A DNA stretch of 64,000 nucleotides from Eledone cirrhosa (GCA_964016885.1 OZ024756.1:2666001-2730000); one strand, 5' to 3'; positions 16,991-30,725 are shown, numbered from the stretch's first letter. Translations and numbers: made by a program. Notes: a model not told the origin generated them from the sequence alone.

Positions 16991-17621
16991 CATACAGGTA
17001 CACATACATATATGCACGTATCAGTTTAGCGGACGCTTATTATAACGCCGCTTTGTTCGTTTGTAAACAAACTGAACAGCCTGAATTTATGCCGTACGGT
17101 GTTAAGGCAACCACGTCACCTTTTTGTTCAACACTGACACAGGAACGATGTACTAGTTTCAAGCTTGTTAGCTATCATCAGCACCGTATACCCTTCTGCC
17201 AGATAGTTGAACGTTCGAAAGTATATACTTTCCTTATGAAAATTAACGGCTGAGCAGCCTAATTTGCATATCGAGTGAGTTAAGTCGTTTTCATTTTATT
17301 TCAACTTATCGTTTTCGGTATGCCTGACCGACTTAACTCACTCGATATGCAAATTAGGCTGCTCAGCCGTTAATTTTCACAAGGAAAGTATATACTTTCG
17401 AACGTTCAACTATCTGGCAGAAGGGTATACGGTGCTGATGATAGCTAACAAGCTTGAAACTAGTTCATCGTTCCTGTGTCAGTGTTGAACAAAAAGGTGA
17501 CGTGGTTGCCTTAACACCGTACGGCATAAATTCAGGCTGTTCAGTTTGTTTACAAACGAACAAAGCGGCGTTATAATAGGCGTCCGCTAAACTGATACGT
17601 GCATATATCTATGTGTACCTG

Positions 17622-17652
<31 letters not shown>

Positions 17653-18222
17653 GCATGCTACTGTACGTCTGTATACATATATGTATGTACGTATACATAC
17701 ATACTTACATTTAAGTAAGTGCCGTACTAAGAGTGAGAAATGAAATTTCGTTTTCATTTTATTTCAACTTATCGTTTTCGGTATGTCTGACCGACTTAAC
17801 TCACTCGATATGCAAATTAGGCTGCTCAGCCGTTAATTTTCATAAGGAAAGTATATACTTTCGAACGTTCAACTATCTGGCAGAAGGGTATACGGTGCTG
17901 ATGATAGCTAACAAGCTTGAAACTAGTACATCGTTCCTGTGTCAGTGTTGAACAAAAAGGTGACGTGGTTGCCTTAACACCGTACGGCATAAATTCAGGC
18001 TGTTCAGTTTGTTTACAAACGAACAAAGCGGCGTTATAATAAGCGTCCGCTAAACTGATACGTGCATATATGTATGTGTACCTGTATGTATATATATATA
18101 TATATATGCATGCTACTGTACGTCTGTATACATATATGTATGTACGTATACATACATACTTACATTTAAGTAAGTACCGTACTAAGAGTGAGAAATGAAA
18201 TTTCGTTTTCATTTTATTTCAA

Positions 18223-18260
<38 letters not shown>

Positions 18261-18689
18261 TGCTACTGTACGTCTGTATACATATATGTATGTACGTATA
18301 CATACATACTTACATTTAAGTAAGTGCCGTACTAAGAGTGAGAAATGAAATTTCGTTTTCATTTTATTTCAACTTATCGTATTCCGTATACCCGACCGAC
18401 TTAATTCACTCGATATGCAAATTAGGCTGCTCAGCCGTTAATTTTCATAAGGAAAGTATATACTTTCGAACGTTCAACTATCTGGCAGAAGGGTATACGG
18501 TGCCGATGATAGCTAACAAGCTTGAAACTAGTACATCGTTCCTGTGTCAGTGTTGAACAAAAAGGTGACGTGGTTGCCTTAACACCGAACGGCATAAATT
18601 CAGGCTGTTCAGTTTGTTTACAAACGAACAAAGCGGCGTTATAATAAGCGTCCGCTAAACTGATACGTGCATATATGTATGTGTACCTG

Positions 18690-18722
<33 letters not shown>

Positions 18723-18837
18723 GCATGCTACTGTACGTCTGTATACATATATGTATTTACGTATACATACATACTTACATTTAAGTAAGTGCCGTACTAA
18801 GAGTGAGAAATGAAATTTCGTTTTCATTTTATTTCAA

Positions 18838-18842
<5 letters not shown>
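16893..18842 (+). mobile_element. Retrozyme-like tandem array A (~463-nt HHR monomer): one inverted plus ~3 sense copies
   Basis: HHRs cggtg-CTGATGA-t agc taacaa gct t-GAAA-ctag-TA/TT-catcg at 17146(-), 17430, 17893 and 18498(+). Inversion junction at ~17286; ends in (TA)n. Confidence 0.85.
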
Positions 18843-18929
<87 letters not shown>

Positions 18930-18984
18930 GATAGATAGAGAGAAATATAGATATATAGATCAACAATAACAGAAAAAGAAGTAG

Positions 18985-19521
18985 AGCAGCAATTAAAGCA
19001 GAAACAGTAACAACAACAACAACAACACTTACAACAACATCAGCAGAAACAATAACAACAATAATAACAGTAATAGTAGCAAAAACACCAAGAGTAACTA
19101 CAGCAGCAACAACAACAACAACACCAACAACAACAGTATCACCAACAACAGCAGTAGAGACAACAACAGAAATAACAACAACAACGACAACAGCAGAAAT
19201 AACAACAACAACAACAACAGCAGAAATAACAACGACAACGACAACAGCAGAAATAACAACAACAACAACAGCAGAAATAACAACAACGACAACAGCAGAA
19301 ATAACAACAACAACGACAACAGCAGAAATAACAACAACAACGACAACAGCAGAAATAACAACAACAACAACAACAGCAGAAATAACAACGACAACGACAA
19401 CAGCAGAAATAACAACAACAACAACAACAGCAGAAATAACAACAACAACGACAACAGCAGAAATAACAACAACAACAACAACAACAGCAGAAATAACAAC
19501 AACAACGACAACAGCAGAAAT

Positions 19522-19552
<31 letters not shown>

Positions 19553-20468
19553 GAAATAACAACAACAACGACACCAGCAGAAATAACAACAACAACGACA
19601 CCAGCAGAAATAACAACAACAACGACCAGAGCAGAAATAACAACAACAACAACAGCAGAAATAACAACAACGACAACAGCAGAAATAACAACAACAACGA
19701 CAACAACAGAAATAACAACAACAGAAATAACAACAACAACAACAACAATATCACCAACAACAGCAGAAATAACAACAACAACAACAACAATATCACCAAC
19801 AACAGCAGAAATAACAACAACAACAACAACATCACCAACAACAGCAGAAATAACAACAACAACAACAACATCACCAACAACAGCAGAAATAACGACAACA
19901 ACAACAACATCACCAACAACAGCAGAAATAACAACAACAACAACAACATCACCAACAACAGCAGAAATAACAACAACAACAACATCACCAACAACAGCAG
20001 AAATAACAACAACAACAACAACATCAACAACAGCAGAAATAACAACAACAACAACAATATCACCAACAACTGCAGAAATAACAACAACAACAACAACATC
20101 ACCAACAACAGCAGAAATAACAACAACAACAACAACATCAACAACAGCAGAAATAACAACAACAACAACAACAACACTATCACCAACAACTGCAGAAATA
20201 ACAACAACAATATCACCAACAACAGCAGAAATAACAACAACAACAACAACATCACCAACAACAGCAAAAATAACAACAACAACAACAACAACATCACCAA
20301 CAACAGCAGAAATAACAACAACAACAACACTATCACCAACAACAGCAGAAATAACAACAACAACACTATCACCAACACAGCAGAAATAACAACAACAATA
20401 AGAACAATTACATCAGTAGAAGCAGTAGCAGTAACAACAACCACAACTAAAACAATATTACCACCACC

Positions 20469-20500
<32 letters not shown>

Positions 20501-20530
20501 CAACAACAGCAGTGCCGACAACCACAACAA
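18985..20530. repeat. (AAC)n-derived compound minisatellite (acagcagaaata(aca)n)
   Basis: Direct inspection. Confidence 0.9.
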
Positions 20531-21925
20531 GAACTTCTAAGCCTGCTGCAAAGTAGCCACTTGGAACGCTAGATATGTGAAGTTCTGACACCACTCATTC
20601 TACATTGCAACAGATTTTCTTGATCAACGTCTCATCAAAAGTAACTCCCAATCTGTAATCCATAGCACGTGTGTCCACTCGTTGCACTAAAGTCTTTACA
20701 ACAACTGTTGCTGTATTGTCGAATACTCACACCCACTTCAATATATTTGTCCGTATTCGTTCTACTTCTTACCTCGATCTAAACAAACACATGCTGCGAC
20801 TCACCTCAAAGAAAACTTGCACTAAACTTTTCACCTAATTCTAGAAACCCACGTCTTCCGACCTAAAACTCTTCAACCAAAACATAAATTACACTTTGCC
20901 GCACCTTCTTAGACTCATAGTATATGGTCCCTTTCTCTCTTGCACGTTCTTTAAACCCATTTGTGCATATTGCACTCCCAAACTCTTCAGGTTTCTGTCT
21001 CCACATAAGAGCCGCAATAAACACGTTAAATTTATCTCGCCAATATTTCAAACTTTAAGGATATTGGTTCAAGAATCTCCCTATTATCACAGAGGTTGTA
21101 TGACACTGTACAGGGAGAGGGCCAACAGTCCGTTAGTCATATCTCAAAGACTGTTAGCCGCCATTCCTCTTCTAAAATAGACAAAATACTAAAGCCCCCC
21201 CCCCCCCCACACACACACACAAAATCATCACGCACACACAGAGGGCTTCGTGGTCTTTTCTTACAAAACCCTTGTGTCATCAACAATATTATGACATCCG
21301 AAGAAGTTGTGAGAGTGAGGAAGTATGGGGCTGTGTAGAACAGTAAAAAAACTTGCAGGAAACTGATTATTTTAGGGCCGAAACCTTCACTTGAGGAAGG
21401 GGTGTAATCTTCTCTGAAGACCCCTTCTGTTGTCCAACTCTCCTGAGGGTTACTTACTATTGTTTGAAATACCAGAGGATTAGAATTTGTCAACGTTGCC
21501 CAACTACACGAGTAGCTGCTATTCTATATCTAAACAATACTTGCTTGGTACATCCACGTCACTTTATTTTTTAAAGGTGTAATCAAACAAATCCTATCTG
21601 GAACCATACACGGGTCACATGCAGGGCAATAGCTGATAAATCTGTTATCATTCCCGCTTACAAATATTTATCGAAATGGATACCTCTATTCTAGAAACAC
21701 CTCTTCCTTCTTCTTTGTAGACAATCTGAAGCTGTATGAAGCAATTGGATTCCACAGACGTCGGGATGGAAGTTGGTAAGTTTAAGTGATTATATTTATG
21801 ATGAAAACATGTGTGATATGTCCCCTCTTTCAATGAAACAAACGGTTTGACAACAGTGTCTTTACAATCGGATGTGTACTACGTTGGACACGATGCAAAT
21901 GTTAGATATGATTGGCTTAATAATA

Positions 21926-22740
21926 AGGGTAGGGTAGAGTGGGGCAAGGTAGAGTGGGGTAGGGTAGAGTGGGGTAAGGTAGAGTGGGGTAAGGTAGAGT
22001 GGGGTAGGGTAGAGTGGGGTAGGGTAGAGTGGGGTAAGGTAGAGTGGGGTAGGGTAGAGTGGGGTAGGGTAGAGTGTGGTAGAGTAGAGTGGGGTAAGGT
22101 AGAGTGGGGTAGGGTAGAGTGGGGTAAGGTAGAGTGGGTTAGGGTAGATTGGGGTAAGGTAGGGTGGGGTAGGGTAGAGTGGGGTAGGGTAGAGTGGGGT
22201 AGGGTAGAGTGGGGTAAGGTAGAGTGGGGTAGGGTAGAGTGGGGTAGGGTAGAGTGTGGTAGGGTAGAGTGGGGTAAGGTAGAGTGGGGTAAGGTAGAGT
22301 GGGGTAGGGTAGAGTGGGGTAGGGTAGAGTGGGTTAGGGTATAGTGGGGTAGGGTAGAGTGGGGTAAGCTAGAGTGGGGTAGGGTAGAGTGGGGTAGGGT
22401 AGAGTGGGGTAAGGTAGAGTGGGGTAAGGTAGAGTGGGGTAGGGTAGAGTGGGGTAGGGTAGAACGGGGTATGGTAGATGGGATAGGGTAGAGTGGAGTA
22501 GGGTAGAGTGGGGTTTGGTAGAGTGGGGTAGGGTAGAGTGGGGTAAGGTAGAGTGGGGTAGGGTAGAGTGGGGTAAGGTAGAGTGGGGTAGGGTAGAGTA
22601 GGGTAGGGTAGAGTGGGGTAAGGTAGAGTGGGGTAAGGTAGAGTGGGGTAAGGTAGTGGGGTAGGGTAGAGTGGGGTAAGGTAGAGTGGGGTAGGGTAGA
22701 GTGGGGTAAGGTAGAGTGAGGTAGGGTAGAGTGGGGGTAG
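21926..22740 (+). repeat. 15-bp G-rich minisatellite (GGGGTAGGGTAGAGT)n, ~54 units
   Basis: Direct inspection; gives the 5-aa periodic ORF artefacts. Confidence 0.95.
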
Positions 22741-24160
22741 TGTAAGAAATGAATACCTGGATAGATTAAATCAAATCTGGTTATCAGAACTCTCATTCCA
22801 GAATAAAGGGCCTACTGTGATATCTAGATTTAGCCTTCTGAACTGGTCACTACAAGGACGGAACAAGATATAAGCAGTCACAGACTGCTGCAAAGTTAAA
22901 CAGTAATGGTGTTGTAGAGCGATTATATTTCTGAAGCAGTTGTTTAAATCTATATTAACATTATATGTGAATTATAACATTGAAGTAACAACTCCTGCAG
23001 AGATATCAGCAACTCTATCATTCAAGTCTGTAAGTATGGAAATAAAAATATCATTAAAAAGGCTAATTATAAGAAAGACATGAAATAAAAGCCGGCACAA
23101 ATCTCTCTAAAATATCATTTTAGGATCCTACTTAACAGTAGACAAAATAAAAAAAATAGACCATAACACTGAGAAGCTGGAATGTGGGTAATTGTAAAAA
23201 CAAACCCTAGCGGGAATAAACTACATCAAAAGTTTATCATGCAGTAAAGTAAAGTTTGTAATATCTCATCTCGATGGTTTACTCCATGGAAACCAGGAGT
23301 AAGAAATCTCCACCAAATACCTGTTACACAAACGAGAGAAATTATCAGCTGAAAACAATTATAATTTCTGTAAACCTCAAACTGAAGATATGGGCAATAT
23401 TAGCTAATTAACTATGAGAGAATATCTTTTAGATATTACCTTCTCCATAGGTGTGATATAGATGCCAGGGAACGAGTATAAAATCAATTAAAGATGGATA
23501 TATTGAAACCGATGGCTCATAACAATATTTGGTGTGACTGAACAAAAGAGAACAGAACTTTTGACTTCCGATGGCATAGTAGGGCTAACGTCCCGACATA
23601 TGGCTCGTCTTGAGAATTTAAAACATGATAGAGTCTACCACACTCCAGGATGGAAGAATCTATTTCTAAGAAAAAGAGGGAGATGAGAGAGAGAGAGACA
23701 GAGAGAGAGAGAGAGAACCGGCCTAGTGCTTGACTGGTGATAAGTTTATCGAACGCGGGATTTGAAATCAGAAAGCAGTGTACCGGATTATATATCGTGG
23801 TAAATAATCGTGGTATTTTTAATCCGACACTATAACGACTCTGCGAATTCACCGCCTTTTAACAATAAAAGCCGCATACAAAACAACCTGCACGGTGTTT
23901 GTGTTTGAAAGTCAGCCCCCTATAAACACGAAAAAGCTCTGTTATGGAAATTAGCCAAATAGTTGGCATTAATGTCGTAAAAAAGTCTAAAGATTAAAGA
24001 AGACATTGCTTCTGATGTTCCAGTGTTGCAATTCACAAGCTGCAGCAATCTTTGAATTTAATTTAGTCACATGTATGACCTCAGGAATAACTGGGTGGCG
24101 AAAAAAAAGAGGTATTTGAAGATATATATATTTTTATATATAATGGATAAAAAGCCCTTG

Positions 24161-24200
<40 letters not shown>

Positions 24201-24206
<6 letters not shown>

Positions 24207-27100
24207 GTTAAAGATGTACATCCATATATGTATACTGAAATACTAGTATGTATATGAATACACACACGTATACATATGTAGATGTACCAAGTTCTTTCAC
24301 TGGTCACTTTACTGTGAGTGGCCAGCTATTCTGTATGTAAACACACAGACAAACCGGTTTTTAGAGTCATACTGGTTTTTGAGGAAACACCTTTCCTCTA
24401 TTCTCCAGAAAGCCAGACAAGGAATATTGAACTAGTTTCGTTGTTGTTACAACTCATCAGCAATATTTACCTATCTTCCGGCCTCTCTAGAGAATCGCAA
24501 AAGCACATATCGTTATATGCTTTTTCTATGAAAATTAGTAGTGGGCAGACTAATTTGCATAGAGTGTGAGTAAGTACCGGTTCAACGGAGACGATAAAAA
24601 CAAATAACGAAACGAAATTAAATTTCGTTTCGTTTGTAACTCACTTTTGTATGACTGACGCTTAAACAATTAAGTTAAAGATGTACATCCATATATGTAT
24701 ACTGAAATACTAGTATGTATATGAATACACACACGTATACATATGTAGATGTACCAAGTTCTTTCACTGGTCACTTTACTGTGAGTGGCCAGCTATTCTG
24801 TATGTAAACACACAGACAAACCGGTTTTTAGAGTCATACTGGTTTTTGAGGAAACACCTTTCCTCTATTCTCCAGAAAGCCAGACAAGGAATATTGAACT
24901 AGTTTCGTTGTTGTTACAACTCATCAGCAATATTTACCTATCTTCCGGCCTCTCTAGAGAATCGCAAAAGCACATATCGTTATATGCTTTTTCTATGAAA
25001 ATTAGTAGTGGGCAGACTAATTTGCATAGAGTGTGAGTAAGTACCGGTTCAACGGAGACGATAAAAACAAATAACGAAACGAAATTAAATTTCGTTTCGT
25101 TTGTAACTCACTTTTGTATGACTGACGCTTAAACAATTAAGTTAAAGATGTACATCCATATATGTATACTGAAATACTAGTATGTATATGAATACACACA
25201 CGTATACATATGTAGATGTACCAAGTTCTTTCACTGGTCACTTTACTGTGAACCGGTACTTACTCACACTCTATGCAAATTAGTCTGCCCACTACTAATT
25301 TTCATAGAAAAAGCATATAACGATATGTGCTTTTGCGATTCTCTAGAGAGGCCGGAAGATAGGTAAATATTGCTGATGAGTTGTAACAACAACGAAACTA
25401 GTTCAATATTCCTTGTCTGGCTTTCTGGAGAATAGAGGAAAGGTGTTTCCTCAAAAACCAGTATGACTCTAAAAACCGGTTTGTCTGTGTGTTTACATAC
25501 AGAATAGCTGGCCACTCACAGTAAAGTGACCAGTGAAAGAACTTGGTACATCTACATATGTATACGTGTGTGTATTCATATACATACTAGTATTTCAGTA
25601 TACATATATGGATGTACATCTTTAACTTAATTGTTTAAGCGTCAGTCATACAAAAGTGAGTTACAAACGAAACGAAATTTAATTTCGTTTCGTTATTTGT
25701 TTTTATCGTCTCCGTTGAACCGGTACTTACTCACACTCTATGCAAATTAGTCTGCCCACTACTAATTTTCATAGAAAAAGCATATAACGATATGTGCTTT
25801 TGCGATTCTCTAGAGAGGCCGGAAGATAGGTAAATATTGCTGATGAGTTGTAACAACAACGAAACTAGTTCAATATTCCTTGTCTGGCTTTCTGGAGAAT
25901 AGAGGAAAGGTGTTTCCTCAAAAACCAGTATGACTCTAAAAACCGGTTTGTCTGTGTGTTTACATACAGAATAGCTGGCCACTCACAGTAAAGTGACCAG
26001 TGAAAGAACTTGGTACATCTACATATGTATACGTGTGTGTATTCATATACATACTAGTATTTCAGTATACATATATGGATGTACATCTTTAACTTAATTG
26101 TTTAAGCGTCAGTCATACAAAAGTGAGTTACAAACGAAACGAAATTTAATTTCGTTTCGTTATTTGTTTTTATCGTCTCCGTTGAACCGGTACTTACTCA
26201 CACTCTATGCAAATTAGTCTGCCCACTACTAATTTTCATAGAAAAAGCATATAACGATATGTGCTTTTGCGATTCTCTAGAGAGGCCGGAAGATAGGTAA
26301 ATATTGCTGATGAGTTGTAACAACAACGAAACTAGTTCAATATTCCTTGTCTGGCTTTCTGGAGAATAGAGGAAAGGTGTTTCCTCAAAAACCAGTATGA
26401 CTCTAAAAACCGGTTTGTCTGTGTGTTTACATACAGAATAGCTGGCCACTCACAGTAAAGTGACCAGTGAAAGAACTTGGTACATCTACATATGTATACG
26501 TGTGTGTATTCATATACATACTAGTATTTCAGTATACATATATGGATGTACATCTTTAACTTAATTGTTTAAGCGTCAGTCATACAAAAGTGAGTTACAA
26601 ACGAAACGAAATTTAATTTCGTTTCGTTATTTGTTTTTATCGTCTCCGTTGAACCGGTACTTACTCACACTCTATGCAAATTAGTCTGCCCACTACTAAT
26701 TTTCATAGAAAAAGCATATAACGATATGTGCTTTTGCGATTCTCTAGAGAGGCCGGAAGATAGGTAAATATTGCTGATGAGTTGTAACAACAACGAAACT
26801 AGTTCAATATTCCTTGTCTGGCTTTCTGGAGAATAGAGGAAAGGTGTTTCCTCAAAAACCAGTATGACTCTAAAAACCGGTTTGTCTGTGTGTTTACATA
26901 CAGAATAGCTGGCCACTCACAGTAAAGTGACCAGTGAAAGAACTTGGTACATCTACATATGTATACGTGTGTGTATTCATATACATACTAGTATTTCAGT
27001 ATACATATATGGATGTACATCTTTAACTTAATTGTTTAAGCGTCAGTCATACAAAAGTGAGTTACAAACGAAACGAAATTTAATTTCGTTTCGTTATTTG

Positions 27101-27106
<6 letters not shown>
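24201..27106 (+). mobile_element. Retrozyme-like tandem array B (467-nt HHR monomer): ~2.25 inverted plus ~4 sense copies
   Basis: Exact 467-bp period. HHR aatattg-CTGATGA-gttg taacaa caac-GAAA-ctag-TT-caatatt at 24423 and 24890(-), and 25366, 25833, 26300, 26767(+). Inversion at ~25250; (TA)n on both sides. Confidence 0.92.
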
Positions 27107-27176
<70 letters not shown>

Positions 27177-27181
<5 letters not shown>

Positions 27182-27366
27182 GTTTCTACTTTTGGCACAA
27201 GGCCATCAAATATTCAGTGCATTACTGGTACTTTATTTTATCGACCCCGTAAGGATGAAAGACAAAGTTAACCTCGGCAGGATTTGAACTCAGATCGTAA
27301 AGGCCCGTAACTCCATGCTACAAAGCATGACGTCCAACCCTCTACCGATACTGCCAATCCACCGCC
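27177..27366 (-). mobile_element. tRNA-derived SINE (Nin-domain-like family)
   Basis: A and B boxes and body match 4215-4406. Confidence 0.85.
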
Positions 27367-27566
27367 ACTGGGGTGTTATATCCGTAGTAGTAGAGCACTC
27401 AGTCCATGGGACGAGCTTGGTAGAAGTAGTTCAACAACAGTTGGTTCACCATACCGAGAACAATTGTTTCACCTTATTCAGATCATCAGCTCCGTCTAAA
27501 TGAAGTTGTACGGAAAATGTATATATACATATATTCATGCATGTATTTCTCTCTCTCTCTCTCCCC

Positions 27567-27644
<78 letters not shown>

Positions 27645-27646
<2 letters not shown>

Positions 27647-27864
27647 GTAGGAACGATCGACTTTCGTCAAATCGGACCGAGGGAACAATGTTGCCGTTGG
27701 TCTTTCCAATTGCTAATACTATCTATCGGTCGCAACTCCAGGTAGAAGGAGCAACGTGAAATAAAGTGTCTTGCTCAAGGACATAACGCATCGCCTGGTC
27801 TAGGAATCGAACTCACAACCTTACGATTGCGAATCCAATTCTCTAACCACTCAGCCACACGCCT

Positions 27865-27868
<4 letters not shown>
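27645..27868 (-). mobile_element. tRNA-derived CORE-like SINE
   Basis: Minus strand: A box TGGCTGAGTGG, B box GAGTTCGATTCC, then tgtccttgagcaagacactt (CORE-like). Confidence 0.75.
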
Positions 27869-27955
<87 letters not shown>

Positions 27956-28090
27956 ACACTGGAAGGTAATATCCGTAGTGATAGACCACTCAGTCAATGG
28001 GACGAGTTAGGTAGAAGTAGTAACACAACAGTTAGTTCACCATACCGAGAACAATTGTTTCACCTTAGCGGATCTTCGGATCTTCAGAGT

Positions 28091-28130
28091 CCGAGCTGAA
28101 GATCCGCTAAGGCGAAACAATTGTTCTCGG
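28091..28130 (+). ncRNA. Type I hammerhead ribozyme, multi-copy family
   Basis: ccgag-CTGAAGA-t cc gctaa gg c-GAAA-caattg-TT-ctcgg. Other copies at ~27454(-), 28045(-), 43583(-), 53465(+) and 55907(-). Confidence 0.85.
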
Positions 28131-28207
28131 TATGGTGAACTAACTGTTGTGTTACTACTTATAGTAGTCGGAGTATTGCTTAAAGCTTTCTCTGTTAATG
28201 TATTAAT

Positions 28208-28257
<50 letters not shown>

Positions 28258-28258
<1 letters not shown>

Positions 28259-29128
28259 TAGATCTGAAAAATGCGCAAGCTCAAAAGAGCCACAGAATGT
28301 TATAATAAACCTTCAAAAGTGTGGGACTAGAGTTGTTGCTAAAAAATATTGTAATCATTATCTATCGTACATTCTGTGGCATCCTTTTATAAAAAAGAGA
28401 CTCATAACGAACTCAAGACGACACGATAATTATTTAAGCTAATGTTTAATATCTCATATTAGATGTTTAGTAATGATTAATACGAAATGCACTTAAACCG
28501 AATTCTATATTATAAATTCATTTAAATAATTATTGTGTCGTCTTGAGTTCGTAATGTGCCTCTTTTTTATAAAAGGATGCCAGAGTGTACGATAGATAAT
28601 GATTACAATATTTTTGAGCAACAACTCTAGTACCACACTTTTGAAGGTTTATTATAACATTCTGGGGCTCTTTTGACGCTTGTAATAACTCTAGTTAAAC
28701 ATGATATATATTAATAATAAATTATCGTTGTAATGTAATTAGATTATATAATTATTATTTTATAAATGATCTTATAAATATTATTGTAAGATGTATGAAA
28801 ATATTTTCAGACTTTTAATAGTTAATATAAATTTAAAAAATCATATATAAATTAACAATATAACTTACCAAAACAAGAAAAATATTTTGATGATAAACGA
28901 CGAAATACTGGAGGAAGATTCGAAAGCGAAAGCGAAACAATTAATCTCGTTGGTTGATTAGCCCATCAGACGATGAAATTAGCCAATAGGACGATACATT
29001 ACAAAATACATTTTGGAGGGATCACCACGGCCAGCGGTACCCCTTGAATTTGTATTCACAAGCTACGCATGTATGTCAGACACGCAGACTTAAAACATTC
29101 TGTTGTTAGTCACTGCGTGTCTAACAGA
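28258..29128 (-). mobile_element. Possible non-autonomous Helitron-like element with a long internal inverted repeat
   Basis: Minus strand starts A|TC, ends CTAG|T, and has a gctc-tttt-gagc hairpin near the 3' end. Internal IR ~28275-28440 / 28520-28682. Confidence 0.4.
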
Positions 29129-29216
29129 TATATATATATATATAAGGAAAAAAGATAAAATCGAAAATGCAACTGGAGACTTTTTCTTTTCTTTAAAATG
29201 TATATTTATTTGGTTC

Positions 29217-29252
29217 CTTTACTGGTTTCACAGTTCTTCTGTTTTTCAAAAG
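29217..29252 (-). ncRNA. Hammerhead ribozyme, U3-A8 core variant
   Basis: Minus strand: ctt-TTGAAAA-acag aagaa ctgt-GAAA-ccag-TA-aag. Confidence 0.7.
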
Positions 29253-29441
29253 TAGAATTGAGATGGAGGGTTTGTGGTTTTTCTCACAGATGTGAGAAAA
29301 ACCACAAACCCTCGATCTCAATACTACAGTTGCATTTTCGATTTCATCAATTTTCCTTATACTTTCACTCGTATAGGAGACCTCGGTTATTTTTCATTTT
29401 GTAAAAAAAAGCTCACTCTCTAATATATATATATATATATT

Positions 29442-29554
<113 letters not shown>

Positions 29555-29580
29555 TATATATATTATATATATATATATAT

Positions 29581-29677
<97 letters not shown>

Positions 29678-30166
29678 TATACATATATATACATGCAGAA
29701 AATGAAGAAAAGAAAGAGTATATGAACTATTGCATGTGGAACCCTAAACAAATTAAAAGAACGTAAGCCGGGGTTTCGATAATGTCAGAAAGAACGGCTG
29801 TCTCATGACAACATAGTCTGGTACATTTGTGGAAGATGGGTTAAAATCAGGGACAAGGGGCGGGTGTAGAATTAGGGAGTGGTTAAGGGATTTAATTAGG
29901 AGGAAAAAGAGCAAAGTTGAGTATAATATCAATATTATTTCTCTCAACCGGTGCATAGCGTCGGACTGAAAGATCGGTGTGTAAAGGGCGTTGTCCGTTT
30001 GCTAACTGATCTACTATGCGGGACCCCAGGGACGCAGGGCTTCTTCCGGCAAATAAACAAAAAAAACAAATCAATAATTAAATAAAACAAATAAAAAACC
30101 AAATAAATATAAAAATTGTAAGAAAAAGCACTTATACAAACGCACATGTATCATATATGTATGTGC

Positions 30167-30219
<53 letters not shown>

Positions 30220-30453
30220 CATATATATGTATATATATGTGTGTGGGTTTATATATATATATGAAAGCCAGTGAGATGGAAAGTGTAGAGAGTGTCCATA
30301 TAAAGAGTAAGGGAAGGGAACCCAGTACAGACCTTCTCGATGTAAGTACCAACTGCTGTGAGCTTTTATTTATAAAAGATACAGTAATACAACTGTGCTA
30401 ATTATTAGTCAGTAGTGGTTTCTGAGATATGATATGTCATTACTACACCTATA

Positions 30454-30523
<70 letters not shown>

Positions 30524-30629
30524 CTCACACACACAAATATATATATATATGTTAAATATATATATATGTTATATATATATATATGTTATATAAATATATA
30601 TATATACATACATATATATATGTTATATA

Positions 30630-30660
<31 letters not shown>

Positions 30661-30683
30661 GTATATATATATATACATACATT

Positions 30684-30725
<42 letters not shown>

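Noticed and set aside
18985-20594. Mucin-like TTAEITTTT frame (+) and 498-aa Leu-rich ORF (-)
   Set aside because: (AAC)n-derived repeat with no ATG and a 1-nt shift at ~20376 leading to a stop. A mucin exon cannot be fully excluded without RNA data.
21926-22740. Telomeric repeat
   Set aside because: The unit is a 15-mer, not TTAGGG, and it is interstitial.
24318-26916. Six identical 83-aa ORFs as a gene family
   Set aside because: GTG start, antisense to the HHR, and not conserved in the homologous family A monomer.
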